Notes: generated by a model not told the origin, from the letters alone. Numbered from the stretch's first letter, positions 7,601 through 16,588 are shown. The stretch: DNA of 64,000 nucleotides from Gemmatimonadales bacterium (GCA_036499125.1 DASYEH010000014.1:53156-117155), one strand, 5' to 3'. Numbers and translations: made by a program.

Positions 7601-8833
7601 ATGGAGTCATACGTGATGTTGATCTCATGGCCTGATCGGTTCCGGCAATTGATCGCTGTTTCAGTATTACTGCTCACTGTCTTCCGCGGCGGCAGCGCAC
7701 AGTCACGCGGTCGCCAAACGAGGGTGATTCGCGGGGACACCATCGTGGCACATTTGCCGAACGTTGGCCGGTGGGGGCCGCCACGGGTTGCAACTCCGCT
7801 TCCGCAAAGCGCTCAACAGCTTGCGCAGGAATTCGGCAATGTGACCGGTTTGGCAGCATTGCCAAATGGCGGTGTGCTGGCTTTCGACGCAGGTGGTCAG
7901 TCGGGGCCCTCACTCCTAGAGTTTGATTCCGCCGGGAGATTTGTAAAGACGATTGGGCGGGAAGGGGCTGGTCCGGGCGAATACACTCATCGCGCAGGTG
8001 ATATCGCGGTTGCTGGAAATGGGCAGATATTTCTCCGCGATGGCGTCCATGGGAGGATCAATCATTACGATCGTGATGGGAGGCTACTAGGTACAATCAC
8101 TTCATCGGCAATTCTGCCGATTTTCAAGGGCATGTCACCCCAGGAAGACGGCTCTGTGTTTGTCCTTTCTCCCGGCCTTGGGACTGGTGAAGATGCACCA
8201 ACGATGAGTCATTTCTCGCCCAGCGGAGCCCTAATCGAGGTGCGATCCCCGCCAGTCCAACCATATTCCACGGTGATCTATGGTGGACCGTTTCTACCTT
8301 TTTCGGCATGGACAATCCTACAAAATGGACGGACGGTCTCAGTTAGGTCAGACCGAGCTGGAATACTTCTGAGTCCTGCTCATGGGAGCCACACGTTTAG
8401 GTTGACAGAGATTGAAAGTCAGGCTGAACGTTTTTTCCCGGCTGAGCGCGCTGAAATGCAAGCGCAAATCGATTGGTACGTCAAATATGACCCTCGTGAT
8501 ATGCCGATCAGGACGGTCGTACCTTCAGTCAAACAGTTCATTATATCTCTGGCGGTTGATGTGAACAACAGGATCTGGGTTCGCCGGACTGGTGTATCAA
8601 TCAAGAGTGCTGAAGGCATTCCTTTGCCCAAGCCGAACGAACCACCGCTTGTTACATACAAGGAGCCATGGATATTCGATGGATTCACAGCCGAGGGTGA
8701 TTTTTTGGGAGAGGTCCGTTTTCCCTCAAATATAGTTCGAGTTTCAATTGCCAACGATATTGCGTGGGCTATCGTTACGAATGTCAATGACGAGCAATCG
8801 CTAGTAAGATTCCGACTGCCAGCCGGACAATAA
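7601..8833 (+). CDS. Exported beta-propeller protein (GAGPGE-motif 6-bladed-propeller-like family)
   Basis: Start taken at ATG 7601 (7616 is also possible; TTG 7550 abuts the terminator). Signal peptide LIAVSVLLLTVFRGGSAQ. IGREGAGPGEYTHRAGDIAVAGNGQIFLRD and repeated blade motifs. C-terminal IWVRR...VRFPSN...LVRFRL is shared with the paralogues. Confidence 0.65.
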   Translation: MESYVMLISWPDRFRQLIAVSVLLLTVFRGGSAQSRGRQTRVIRGDTIVAHLPNVGRWGPPRVATPLPQSAQQLAQEFGNVTGLAALPNGGVLAFDAGGQSGPSLLEFDSAGRFVKTIGREGAGPGEYTHRAGDIAVAGNGQIFLRDGVHGRINHYDRDGRLLGTITSSAILPIFKGMSPQEDGSVFVLSPGLGTGEDAPTMSHFSPSGALIEVRSPPVQPYSTVIYGGPFLPFSAWTILQNGRTVSVRSDRAGILLSPAHGSHTFRLTEIESQAERFFPAERAEMQAQIDWYVKYDPRDMPIRTVVPSVKQFIISLAVDVNNRIWVRRTGVSIKSAEGIPLPKPNEPPLVTYKEPWIFDGFTAEGDFLGEVRFPSNIVRVSIANDIAWAIVTNVNDEQSLVRFRLPAGQ

Positions 8834-8842
8834 CGATATTGG

Positions 8843-9064
8843 TCACCCTGACCACATCCACTCAATGATCGTAGACATGAACTGCGCTTCTGGTCGATTG
8901 TGGCCCGTCTCCCAGTTATTGACGGTGTCCTTCGTTACTCCGAAAATCGTGGCGACGTCCCTCTGGAGCAGCCCGATTTCAATCCGGTGCGCGCGAATCT
9001 GATCACCTAAGTGCTTGACTTGTTTGGGGTAACCAGGCTTCGGGCGGACCGTTCTAAGCCTCAC
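8843..9064 (-). CDS. XRE-family HTH regulator (short PGYPK...LG..IR..R type)
   Basis: PGYPKQVKHLGDQIRAHRIEIGLLQRDVATIFGVTKDTVNNWETGHNRPE. GTG start at 9064, only 13 nt from the comM fragment. Confidence 0.7.
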   Translation of the reverse strand: MRLRTVRPKPGYPKQVKHLGDQIRAHRIEIGLLQRDVATIFGVTKDTVNNWETGHNRPEAQFMSTIIEWMWSG

Positions 9065-9077
9065 CGGTATTTGCGCA

Positions 9078-9563
9078 ATGAATCCCTGCCCATGCGGCTT
9101 CCTGGGTGATCCTTCGCGCGCGTGCAGCTGTGCGCCAGCCGCAGTGCAGCGCTATCACGCCCGGATCTCAGGGCCGCTGCTCGATCGCATCGACATGCAC
9201 TTGCAGGTGCCCCCGGTGGCATACGCCGACCTCGCGTCACGCGCGGCGGGCGAATCGAGTGCGACGGTGCGGAGCAGGGTCGAGGCGGCGCGCGACCGTC
9301 AGCTGCAGCGCTTTCGGCATTGCCCGGGGATCTACGCCAACGCGCACATGGGGCCGCGAGAGTTGTCGCGGTTCGTGAGCATCGATGGCCCGACCGAACA
9401 GGTGCTGAAGAGCGCGATTGCGAAGTTCGGGTTGTCCGCGCGCGCATATCACCGGGTACTCAAGCTGGCGCGGACGCTGGCGGACCTGGCGGGCGTCGAC
9501 GAAATCGCGCCGGTACATGTGACCGAGGCGATTCAGTACCGGGTGCTTGATCGGGGGGAGTGA
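9078..9563 (+). pseudogene. comM: comM/yifB (Mg-chelatase-like AAA+ competence protein), 3' fragment only
   Basis: Begins at the conserved (A)MNPCPCG motif and continues LLDRIDMHLQV...SARAYHRVLKLARTLADLAG...HVTEAIQYR, which is the ComM C-terminus. In-frame stops lie at 9000 and 9030 upstream. About 340 N-terminal codons (the AAA+ core) are absent. Confidence 0.8.
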
Positions 9564-9704
9564 CCTGAGCGGCTAACCGCGCCTGCGGCCGGCGCCCAAA
9601 AACCGCCGCGCCGCCGCCGGCGTTAACCAGACATCACACGCTCGCCGGACCGACACTGGCGTAACTTGTGAATGATGGTTCCCCGCGACCGACGCTGAGG
9701 CAAC

Positions 9705-11030
9705 ATGAGGGAAGTGACGCTGCTGGTCCTCGCGTTCCTGGGCGGGGTGCTGACGATCCTGAGCCCCTGCATCCTGCCGGTCATTCCGCTGGTCTTCGCG
9801 CGGGTCAATCGCGACTTCCGCCGCGAGATCATTCCGATGCTCGGCGGGCTGGCGCTGGCCTTTACCTGTGCCGCGCTGATCGCCACCGCCACCGCCCGCT
9901 GGCTCCTCGCCGCCAATGAAATCGGTCGCGACCTGGCGCTGGCGCTGCTCGCCGTTGTTGGCGTGACGCTGCTGCTTCCCGCCAGCGCCACGCTGCTCGC
10001 CCGTCCGTTGGGCCGGATCGCTGGTCGGGTCCTTTCCCCCCGCCCAGGCTCGGTCGCCACACCGGCCCGCAATGTCGTCATCGGCGCAGCGATTGGCCTC
10101 CTCTGGGCGCCATGCGCCGGGCCGATCCTCGGACTCCTGATCGCCGCAGCCGCCACCAGCAGCTGGTCCCACGCGGCCCTCCTCTACCTGAGCTTTGCTC
10201 TCGGTGCCATCATGTCGCTCGCGATCGTGACCTCCGCCGGTCGTCGCCTCATCGCCGCGCTCCGTCACGTTGGCACGCCCGATCTTGTCGTACGCCGCGT
10301 GCTCGGCGTCGCAACACTCGTGACCGTCCTCGCCATCGTCTTTGGCTGGGATCAGGCGATCTTCGGGAAGGCTGGGCTGGTACAGACCGCCAGTGCGGAG
10401 GAAGTCCTCGTGTCGCGGCTGGCGCCACAGCACGTGCGCTCCGACAATGCGGGATTGTCCCTCGACCAGTTCGCCGCCCAACAGTCTGCTCACCGCGCCG
10501 CGCTGGCGGCACTGCCCGCATCGGACGGCGTGATGCCCGGATTCGACGGCGCCACCGAGTGGATCAACTCGCCACCGCTGACAGCCAAGTCGCTGCGCGG
10601 CAAGGTCGTGCTGGTGGAGTTCTGGACCTTCGCGTGCTACAACTGCCTCAACGCCCTGCCGCACATCAAGGCGCTCTACGCCAAGTACAAGGATCGTGGC
10701 TTCGTGGTGATCGGCGTGCACACGCCCGAGCTGGCGCGCGAGCGGGTGCCCGAGAATGTCCGCCGAGAGGTGAAGCGTCTCGGCATCGAGTTCCCGGTCG
10801 TGATCGACAACGACAACCGGATCTGGAATGCCTATCACAATGAGTACTGGCCGGCGATGTTTTACGTCGACGCGAGCGGACAGATGCGCTTCCACATGTT
10901 CGGTGAAGGGCGCTATGGTGAGCAGGACAATGGTGTGGCTGCGCTGCTGGACGAACGGGATGCCATGATGCATTACGACCCGGGCACGGCGAAGATCGGC
11001 GCGATGGGCGGCGGCGGGATGTCGCGGTAA
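9705..11030 (+). CDS. dipZ: DipZ-like fusion: CcdA/DsbD-type thiol-disulfide transporter plus thioredoxin-like (redoxin) domain
   Basis: TM-domain motifs LSPCILPVIP and LWAPCAGP. Periplasmic GKVVLVEFWTFACYNCLNALPHI (CxxC) and GVHTPE. Confidence 0.85.
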   Translation: MREVTLLVLAFLGGVLTILSPCILPVIPLVFARVNRDFRREIIPMLGGLALAFTCAALIATATARWLLAANEIGRDLALALLAVVGVTLLLPASATLLARPLGRIAGRVLSPRPGSVATPARNVVIGAAIGLLWAPCAGPILGLLIAAAATSSWSHAALLYLSFALGAIMSLAIVTSAGRRLIAALRHVGTPDLVVRRVLGVATLVTVLAIVFGWDQAIFGKAGLVQTASAEEVLVSRLAPQHVRSDNAGLSLDQFAAQQSAHRAALAALPASDGVMPGFDGATEWINSPPLTAKSLRGKVVLVEFWTFACYNCLNALPHIKALYAKYKDRGFVVIGVHTPELARERVPENVRREVKRLGIEFPVVIDNDNRIWNAYHNEYWPAMFYVDASGQMRFHMFGEGRYGEQDNGVAALLDERDAMMHYDPGTAKIGAMGGGGMSR

Positions 11031-11032
11031 CC

Positions 11033-11653
11033 ATGACGCCTGCTGGCGATTCGCACCCCCGGCCGAAGCTCGCGGTTGCAACTGCAGTACAGGCCGGGCT
11101 GCGCGAGCGGCTTCTGGCGCGGGACGAGACGGCCTTGGCCGAGCTGGTCGACCTGGCGTCACCATGGCTCCTGGGCGTGACCGAATCGATCCTGCGCGAT
11201 CGCAGCGAAGCGGAAGAGGTCGTCTTCGATGTCTTCGATACTGCGTGGCAGAAAATCGGTGAAGTGGAACCCGAGCGCGGCGGGCTGATGCCGTGGCTCC
11301 TCAGGGTCGCCCGGAACCGGGCGATCGACCGCCTCCGCCGGCGCAACCGTCGGCTCCGCACCATAGACAGCGCCCGCGCGAGTGGCGTGCTCGGCGACGA
11401 CATCACGGCGCCACCGGATGTGAATGAAGCCGGAACACCTGGCTGGCACGTGCATGCGCAAGTGCACGCCGCCCTGGCCGCGTTACCCGACGAGCAACGT
11501 GCCCCGGTGCGGTTGGCATACTTCCATGGCCTGACCCATTCGGAGATTGCCCGCGAGCTCTCGATTCCAATGGGGACAGTCAAGACGCGACTCAGGCTGG
11601 CGTTTGATCGGCTCCGGCCGGCGCTGGCGTCACTGAAGGATTGGGTGCAATGA
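11033..11653 (+). CDS. ECF-type RNA polymerase sigma-70 family factor
   Basis: Region 2 WLLRVARNRAIDRLRRR. Region 4 ALPDEQRAPVRLAYFHGLTHSEIARELSIPMGTVKTRLRLA. Starts 2 nt after the dipZ stop. Confidence 0.9.
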   Translation: MTPAGDSHPRPKLAVATAVQAGLRERLLARDETALAELVDLASPWLLGVTESILRDRSEAEEVVFDVFDTAWQKIGEVEPERGGLMPWLLRVARNRAIDRLRRRNRRLRTIDSARASGVLGDDITAPPDVNEAGTPGWHVHAQVHAALAALPDEQRAPVRLAYFHGLTHSEIARELSIPMGTVKTRLRLAFDRLRPALASLKDWVQ

Positions 11654-12375
11654 CCTCACATGACTGGTTCATCGAACATCGTACCGCGTGGATCGCGCGC
11701 GCGCTCGACGCCGAAGAGGAAACGAGCTACCGCGATCACCTCGCCCGCTGTGCCGAGTGTCGCGACGCGGTGGCCGAACTGCAGCGCGAGTTCGGCTGGC
11801 TCTCAATGGGGGTTGAACCGGTGGCGCCGCGTCCCGGATTTCGCCGCGAAGCGCTCGATCGGATTGTCGGTGCGCGTCGTCGCCGTCGCAGCTGGATCCT
11901 CCCGACGGCGCTCGCGGCGTCACTACTCCTCTCCCTCGGCGTCAATGGCTATCAACGTGCCAGGATCGTGGCGCTTGATGCCAGTACGGCCGTAACACAG
12001 ACCTCGGTCGTGGCCCTGCGCGACACACTCTCGGTGCAGCGCGATGCCGGACAGGTGATGCACGCCGATTTCGCGGCGAGCGGCGCGCCGTGCAGCATCA
12101 CCATCATTGCCGATGGTCACACTCATCGCTGGGACGTCGTTGTGCACGGCCTTCCACCAGCGCAGCCCGGGCAGAAGTACCAGTTCTGGTTCATCACCGA
12201 CGACGGCATGCGGCAGGGTGTCTCGATCGACGCGGTACCGGGGAGAGTGTCCACCTTCCTGACCGGGATGCCTCCCGGCCATGCTCGCGTCATGGGGGCG
12301 GCGCTCAGCATCGAACCGCGGGAGAACGACGGCACCGAGATGCAGGGGGCCGAGCTCGCCAAGATCATGATGTGA
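11650..12375 (+). CDS. Anti-sigma factor, zf-HC2 N-terminus plus RskA-like C-terminal domain
   Basis: ATGA overlap with the sigma gene. HLARCAECRDAV (H-x3-C-x2-C). One TM helix (WILPTALAASLLLSLGV). C-terminal GLPPAQPGQKYQFWFITDDG...GAALSIEPRENDG fits the RskA pattern. Confidence 0.8.
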   Translation: MTSHDWFIEHRTAWIARALDAEEETSYRDHLARCAECRDAVAELQREFGWLSMGVEPVAPRPGFRREALDRIVGARRRRRSWILPTALAASLLLSLGVNGYQRARIVALDASTAVTQTSVVALRDTLSVQRDAGQVMHADFAASGAPCSITIIADGHTHRWDVVVHGLPPAQPGQKYQFWFITDDGMRQGVSIDAVPGRVSTFLTGMPPGHARVMGAALSIEPRENDGTEMQGAELAKIMM

Positions 12376-12384
12376 TGGCGGCGC

Positions 12385-12735
12385 CTACGGCAGGATCACG
12401 ATCCTGCCGGCATTCGCCTGGACGGGGCAGGAGACTTCCTCAAGCCCGATCGGGTAGGCGTCCACGGTCTGGCCCACGGCGAGTTGCCCCGACGAACTGG
12501 CGTGTGACCCCTTCAGGACCTGGGTCGCTTGACCCACGTTGAACCAGCCGCTCAAGCTGCACGCTCCGGGAGTCTTCAAGCCATTGCTTCCGTCGACGAA
12601 GATCCTGGTGCTATCGATTGACGCAATGAGGCCGTGGACTGCGGGACCGAGGTCGTTGGACGGCGGCGGGCCCATCTGGTCGGAACAGGCGGCCAGGGCG
12701 GCAGCGAGAATCAGGATTGCAGCAGTGGGTCGCAT
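12385..12735 (-). CDS. Small lipoprotein, unknown function
   Basis: MRPTAAILILAAALAACSD lipobox. Convergent with the anti-sigma gene. A 9-bp palindrome GGCAGGATC/GATCCTGCC lies at its 3' end. Confidence 0.6.
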   Translation of the reverse strand: MRPTAAILILAAALAACSDQMGPPPSNDLGPAVHGLIASIDSTRIFVDGSNGLKTPGACSLSGWFNVGQATQVLKGSHASSSGQLAVGQTVDAYPIGLEEVSCPVQANAGRIVILP

Positions 12736-12911
12736 GACGAATCTCCCGGGCGCGAGATCTGAACAGGCCTGCCCGCGAAGTATGCTGCCGGGTCAGCGGA
12801 CCGCAAGAGTGCGACCCGCGCCATGAAGGCCACGATTTACGTGGCCCTTGTGGCATTGCGATGGCCGCGTCCTTGAGCGATTGTCCGTGATACCCCTGCG
12901 CCAAGGCATTC

Positions 12912-15218
12912 ATGCGCCCCTTTCTGTCCAGCCTGTTGTTCACCGCCTCCGTCATGGCGACACCCGGTCCCGGTGGCCCTGGGCGACCCTTCTACGATCG
13001 GCTCCTCGACCGACTCGACTCAACACGCACCTTGGGCGCGTTGCCGCGCCAGGAGTGCCAGCCGCTTGATGCGGCCAATCAGCGTCTCTGCACCGCCTTC
13101 ATTGCCGAGCGGCAGTTGGTTCTCTCTGGCGACCGGACCATTGGCCGCCAGGCGGAGGCGGGCTTTGAGCGCGCGGTGCTTGAGCTCCCCAAGTCAGCAG
13201 TTGCCTGGTACGGTCTCGGGATAGTTCGCATGCAGCTCGCGCAGGACACCGCCTTCTCCCGTGGCGGCGCGGAGATGGGGGTCGGTGTCAGCTATCTCAC
13301 GGGGGCGGTCAACGCCTTCGCCGCAGCGGTTGATCTCGACCCGACATTCGGCAGAGCCGTCGAGGCGCTCGCCCTCTGTCCCATCGGTCGTGATGAAGGA
13401 CGGACGATTGCCAGACGTGTCGCGTTGCTCAGGAAGGTGCGCGCGGCGATTCCCGCGCGCGCAGCGCTTGCCGTCGCAACGGTCGAGCGGAATGGCGGAT
13501 CGATCGACTCGGCACTCGCGCTCGAGCGGCGCGCTCTCCATGCGGCTGTGGTCGATTCGGGCACGGCCTCGCTGGCGCTGGCCCGCGACCTGTACGCTAC
13601 CGGTCGCTCGCAGGAGGGTCGGGATGTCCTGTTGCGTGGAGCAGGCACGCCGACGCCGTTGGCGGCGTCGGCGTATCGCGCCGAGCTGGGATTTGTCGCG
13701 TCGCCGGGCGAATTGACGCAATGGGATAGTCTGCCGCCCGCCCGCCGACCGGCATGGCTCGCCGATTTCTGGCAGAAGCGTGATATCTCCGAAGGGCGAA
13801 ACGATGGTGCTCGACTGGTCGAGCACTATCAGCGGGTGGAGTATGCGCTGAAGCACTTTGCGCTGGTCCTACCGCAAACTGGTCGGCAGCGGATGTTGTC
13901 GTATCTGCCCTCCGGAATGGACATGACGGCCACGGTGCTTGATCGAGCCATGAGCGATCCGAGCTGTGGCAGCGGCGTTGCCCAATACGCACTCCTCGAT
14001 CGCGACCTCGGCTCACATGTCCCATGGCGCGACTACAAGCCGACGCAGGACGAAGTGGATGATCGTGGTGTCATCTGGATCCGTCACGGGCCACCCACCC
14101 GCCGTGCCATCAGCAACGCCACCGAAGCGGCTGAGGTCTGGCAGTATGACCGTGCACCGCACCCGCTCGTGCTCCAGTTTCACGAAGTGCTCTTCAACGG
14201 TATTGGTGCGAGTACGCTGGTGTCGACCCTGGTGACGATGCCGGCGGCCACGCGCTTGCAACTGTGCGGCGTGGAGTACACGCTCTGCATTCCGGGAGAT
14301 GATGTTGCTGCCCTCGCCATGCGAAAGCAGGTCACGTCTCGCAATGTTTGCTCACTCGCAGCAGCCGTTGTCCCTGTGGCCGCCGAGGAGATTCGCCGCG
14401 ATCATGACGCCGGCCTGGTGGCGCTGCATGCGGCAACCACGACGGACTCATACACGCGTGACTTTGCCAAGGCGCTGCGCCCGGGCGTGCAGATGCTCGG
14501 CTTGGCACGCACGGAGGCGGGGCAGCAGCCCGAGCTGGTGGTCGCGTATGCGCTGCCCGGCGAACAGCTTGCGGCGACTCGATCGGGAGGCCGGACGACG
14601 TACAAGGTGCAGCTCCACCTCCTGGCGTCGCGGTTCGACGGGTCGCGCGTCGATCTCGATACGGCGGTCACCTTTCAGGTGGACTCCGCGCTCGGCCGTG
14701 GGCAGTATCTCAACGGACTCCTGCCGATGGCACTTCCGCGCGGAGCGTATCACGTCAGTCTCGTCATCACGCAGCCGGATGGCCGTGGCGCCATTGCTCA
14801 TATGGACAATGTGATCCTGCCGGACTGGGCGGGCGGACCGCTGAGCGCCAGCGACGTGGCCTTGGGGGTGCTGAACCACGGTGTGCACTGGAACTCAGGT
14901 CGCAGCAACGTCTGGCTCAACCCGGCGGACACCTTTCAAGAAAACCAACCGGTCGAAGCCTATTTCCAGGTCCACGGGCTGCAGAGCGGTCAGCAGTATG
15001 CGGTGCGCGTCGAGTTGTACAAGGGTGATCCGGTCGCGGGAGCACCGCTGGTCCTGTCGATCGGGACGACGATCCTGGCGACCGGCACGTCGATGGAGAT
15101 CGCCCGGACCCTCGATGTGTCGCGACTCGGCCCCGGCCGCTATCGGATGCAGGCAGTGGTCTCGGCGGGCAGCCAGGTCGTCACGACGGGATCGTGGTTG
15201 ACGGTGGTGCGGCGGTGA
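12912..15218 (+). CDS. GWxTD-domain-like secreted protein (TPR-like N-terminus)
   Basis: WLADFWQKRDISEGRNDGARLVEHYQRVEYALKHFA, then DDRGVIWIRHGPPTRR, follows the GWxTD-domain layout (FW..RD...EY..R..YA..F....(GW.T)DRG..yi.yGPP). The literal GWxTD motif is degenerate. Confidence 0.55.
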   Translation: MRPFLSSLLFTASVMATPGPGGPGRPFYDRLLDRLDSTRTLGALPRQECQPLDAANQRLCTAFIAERQLVLSGDRTIGRQAEAGFERAVLELPKSAVAWYGLGIVRMQLAQDTAFSRGGAEMGVGVSYLTGAVNAFAAAVDLDPTFGRAVEALALCPIGRDEGRTIARRVALLRKVRAAIPARAALAVATVERNGGSIDSALALERRALHAAVVDSGTASLALARDLYATGRSQEGRDVLLRGAGTPTPLAASAYRAELGFVASPGELTQWDSLPPARRPAWLADFWQKRDISEGRNDGARLVEHYQRVEYALKHFALVLPQTGRQRMLSYLPSGMDMTATVLDRAMSDPSCGSGVAQYALLDRDLGSHVPWRDYKPTQDEVDDRGVIWIRHGPPTRRAISNATEAAEVWQYDRAPHPLVLQFHEVLFNGIGASTLVSTLVTMPAATRLQLCGVEYTLCIPGDDVAALAMRKQVTSRNVCSLAAAVVPVAAEEIRRDHDAGLVALHAATTTDSYTRDFAKALRPGVQMLGLARTEAGQQPELVVAYALPGEQLAATRSGGRTTYKVQLHLLASRFDGSRVDLDTAVTFQVDSALGRGQYLNGLLPMALPRGAYHVSLVITQPDGRGAIAHMDNVILPDWAGGPLSASDVALGVLNHGVHWNSGRSNVWLNPADTFQENQPVEAYFQVHGLQSGQQYAVRVELYKGDPVAGAPLVLSIGTTILATGTSMEIARTLDVSRLGPGRYRMQAVVSAGSQVVTTGSWLTVVRR

Positions 15219-15259
15219 CGGCGCGTTGCGGCGCGTGGCAACATTGACACCGCGTTGTC

Positions 15260-16360
15260 CTACAGCCGGCAACTCAGCAGCGTCTGGAAGCCGTCTGCCT
15301 GCTCGGCGGCAACATAGAGGCGGTCGTCGTACACCGCGCTGAGCGAAGTCTTGGCGGGCAGCATCAACGAACGGACTGGCACACCCCGCGCCGACAACAG
15401 CGTCCAGACCTGACGGGGTTCGCCGAAGGTCGACCGGAGGATCCAGAAGCGGCCCTGGTTGTCCATCCGGGCGCTGAAGGCTGCCGCGAAGGCGGCCGGC
15501 TTTGGTGTCTCCGCTCGAACCTTGGCGGCCTGCTGCGGATCGAGTCCCCGCACCATCGATGCAAGGACAGCTTCATAGTCAGCCGTGGTCACGGCACGCG
15601 GCCCCAGCATCGTCGTGGTGTCCAGCAGTCGCGCTCCGGCTTGACCAAGGCACTGCAGGTGAATGTCCGACACCGTGCCCGACGTGACGGCACACCATTC
15701 CGAGCCATCCGGAGTCCATGCTGGGAGAACCAGCCGCATCGTAAAGGGTGTCGGGCCGCTCGCGCCGCCGGTACGGAGGTTTTCTGGTGCGGGGAAGGCG
15801 CCGAGTGTGTCGAGCGGCTGGCCTGGAGTGTAGGCGAGGAAGACGACATTCGGATTGGCGGCAGCCATCTGCCCGATCCCCACCGAGCGCCCGCCGGCTG
15901 CGCGGACCCAGTAGCCCGGCATCGGCGGGGTCAGCGTGGTCAGGTATTTCCCATTGACGGTATACGCGACCGACCGCCCTTGGCGATAGTCGCTGACCCA
16001 GAGCGTATCAGCGACCCACCACGATGGGCCGATCGAATAGAACTCACCCGGTCCGGCCCCGCTTCGACCGAGCAGGGTGTCGCGTCCATTGGCGTGCAGG
16101 TGAATTGCGGTCGCCCGGCTTCCGGCGCTCCAGGCCAGCGCACCGTTCGGACCCGGTGCGACGGTGGAGATCGTGCCGACATCGGACTGCGCCGACGAGA
16201 CGGCGGTGTCGCAATGGGAGATGTCAAAGCTCGGAAACGCCGCTGAATCGGTCGTCTCGCCGCGGTGGCAGGCAAGGCACAGGAATGGAATGAGGATCAG
16301 GCCGCTGCGGCGAAGCAACGCAACGCCGGAAGGTGTGCCGATCAGCCGGGCTGGCTGCAT
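15260..16360 (-). CDS. Beta-propeller lipoprotein (GAGPGE-motif family paralogue)
   Basis: Start at 16360 gives MQPARLIGTPSGVALLRRSGLILIPFLCLACHRG (lipobox). LLGRSGAGPGEFYSIG. C-terminal GRFWILRS...LMLPAKT...LYVAAE parallels 7601-8833. Confidence 0.6.
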   Translation of the reverse strand: MQPARLIGTPSGVALLRRSGLILIPFLCLACHRGETTDSAAFPSFDISHCDTAVSSAQSDVGTISTVAPGPNGALAWSAGSRATAIHLHANGRDTLLGRSGAGPGEFYSIGPSWWVADTLWVSDYRQGRSVAYTVNGKYLTTLTPPMPGYWVRAAGGRSVGIGQMAAANPNVVFLAYTPGQPLDTLGAFPAPENLRTGGASGPTPFTMRLVLPAWTPDGSEWCAVTSGTVSDIHLQCLGQAGARLLDTTTMLGPRAVTTADYEAVLASMVRGLDPQQAAKVRAETPKPAAFAAAFSARMDNQGRFWILRSTFGEPRQVWTLLSARGVPVRSLMLPAKTSLSAVYDDRLYVAAEQADGFQTLLSCRL

Positions 16361-16588
16361 GATGGCCTCTTGTTGCTGGGGGAAGGAGAGCAGCGCGAGG
16401 GGCGCGATGGGGCTCCACCTCGACGATAACCCCGGATCAGCTTTTTGGCGCGCAAACGCCGGCGCCCGTGCATCCCCACTGCCACCCCGCGTCTCCCAAC
16501 CGGTGCCGTTACTGGCAGCCCGGCAGGATGGTCGCGCTGGATCTCCCGGCCCGGACCGCTCCGCCAACCTCATTCCACGGAGTCTCTC

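Noticed and set aside
9078-9563. Treating the ComM C-terminal ORF as an intact small gene starting at ATG 9078.
   Set aside because: The Met is the internal, conserved Met of the AAMNPCPCG motif. There is no SD, and the AAA+ core that normally precedes it is missing. It is therefore called a gene fragment, though expression of the remnant is not excluded.
9573-11165. 530-aa minus-strand ORF antisense to dipZ. Similar long shadow ORFs occur at 30530-31990, 35222-36796, 36586-37743, 42097-43599, 49037-50377, 26781-28115, 24254-25126 and 19322-20140.
   Set aside because: These are Arg/Pro/Gly/Ala-rich, low-complexity translations with no family motifs. Each lies antisense to a gene with clear conserved motifs. 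This is typical stop-codon-poor antisense frames in ~70% GC DNA.
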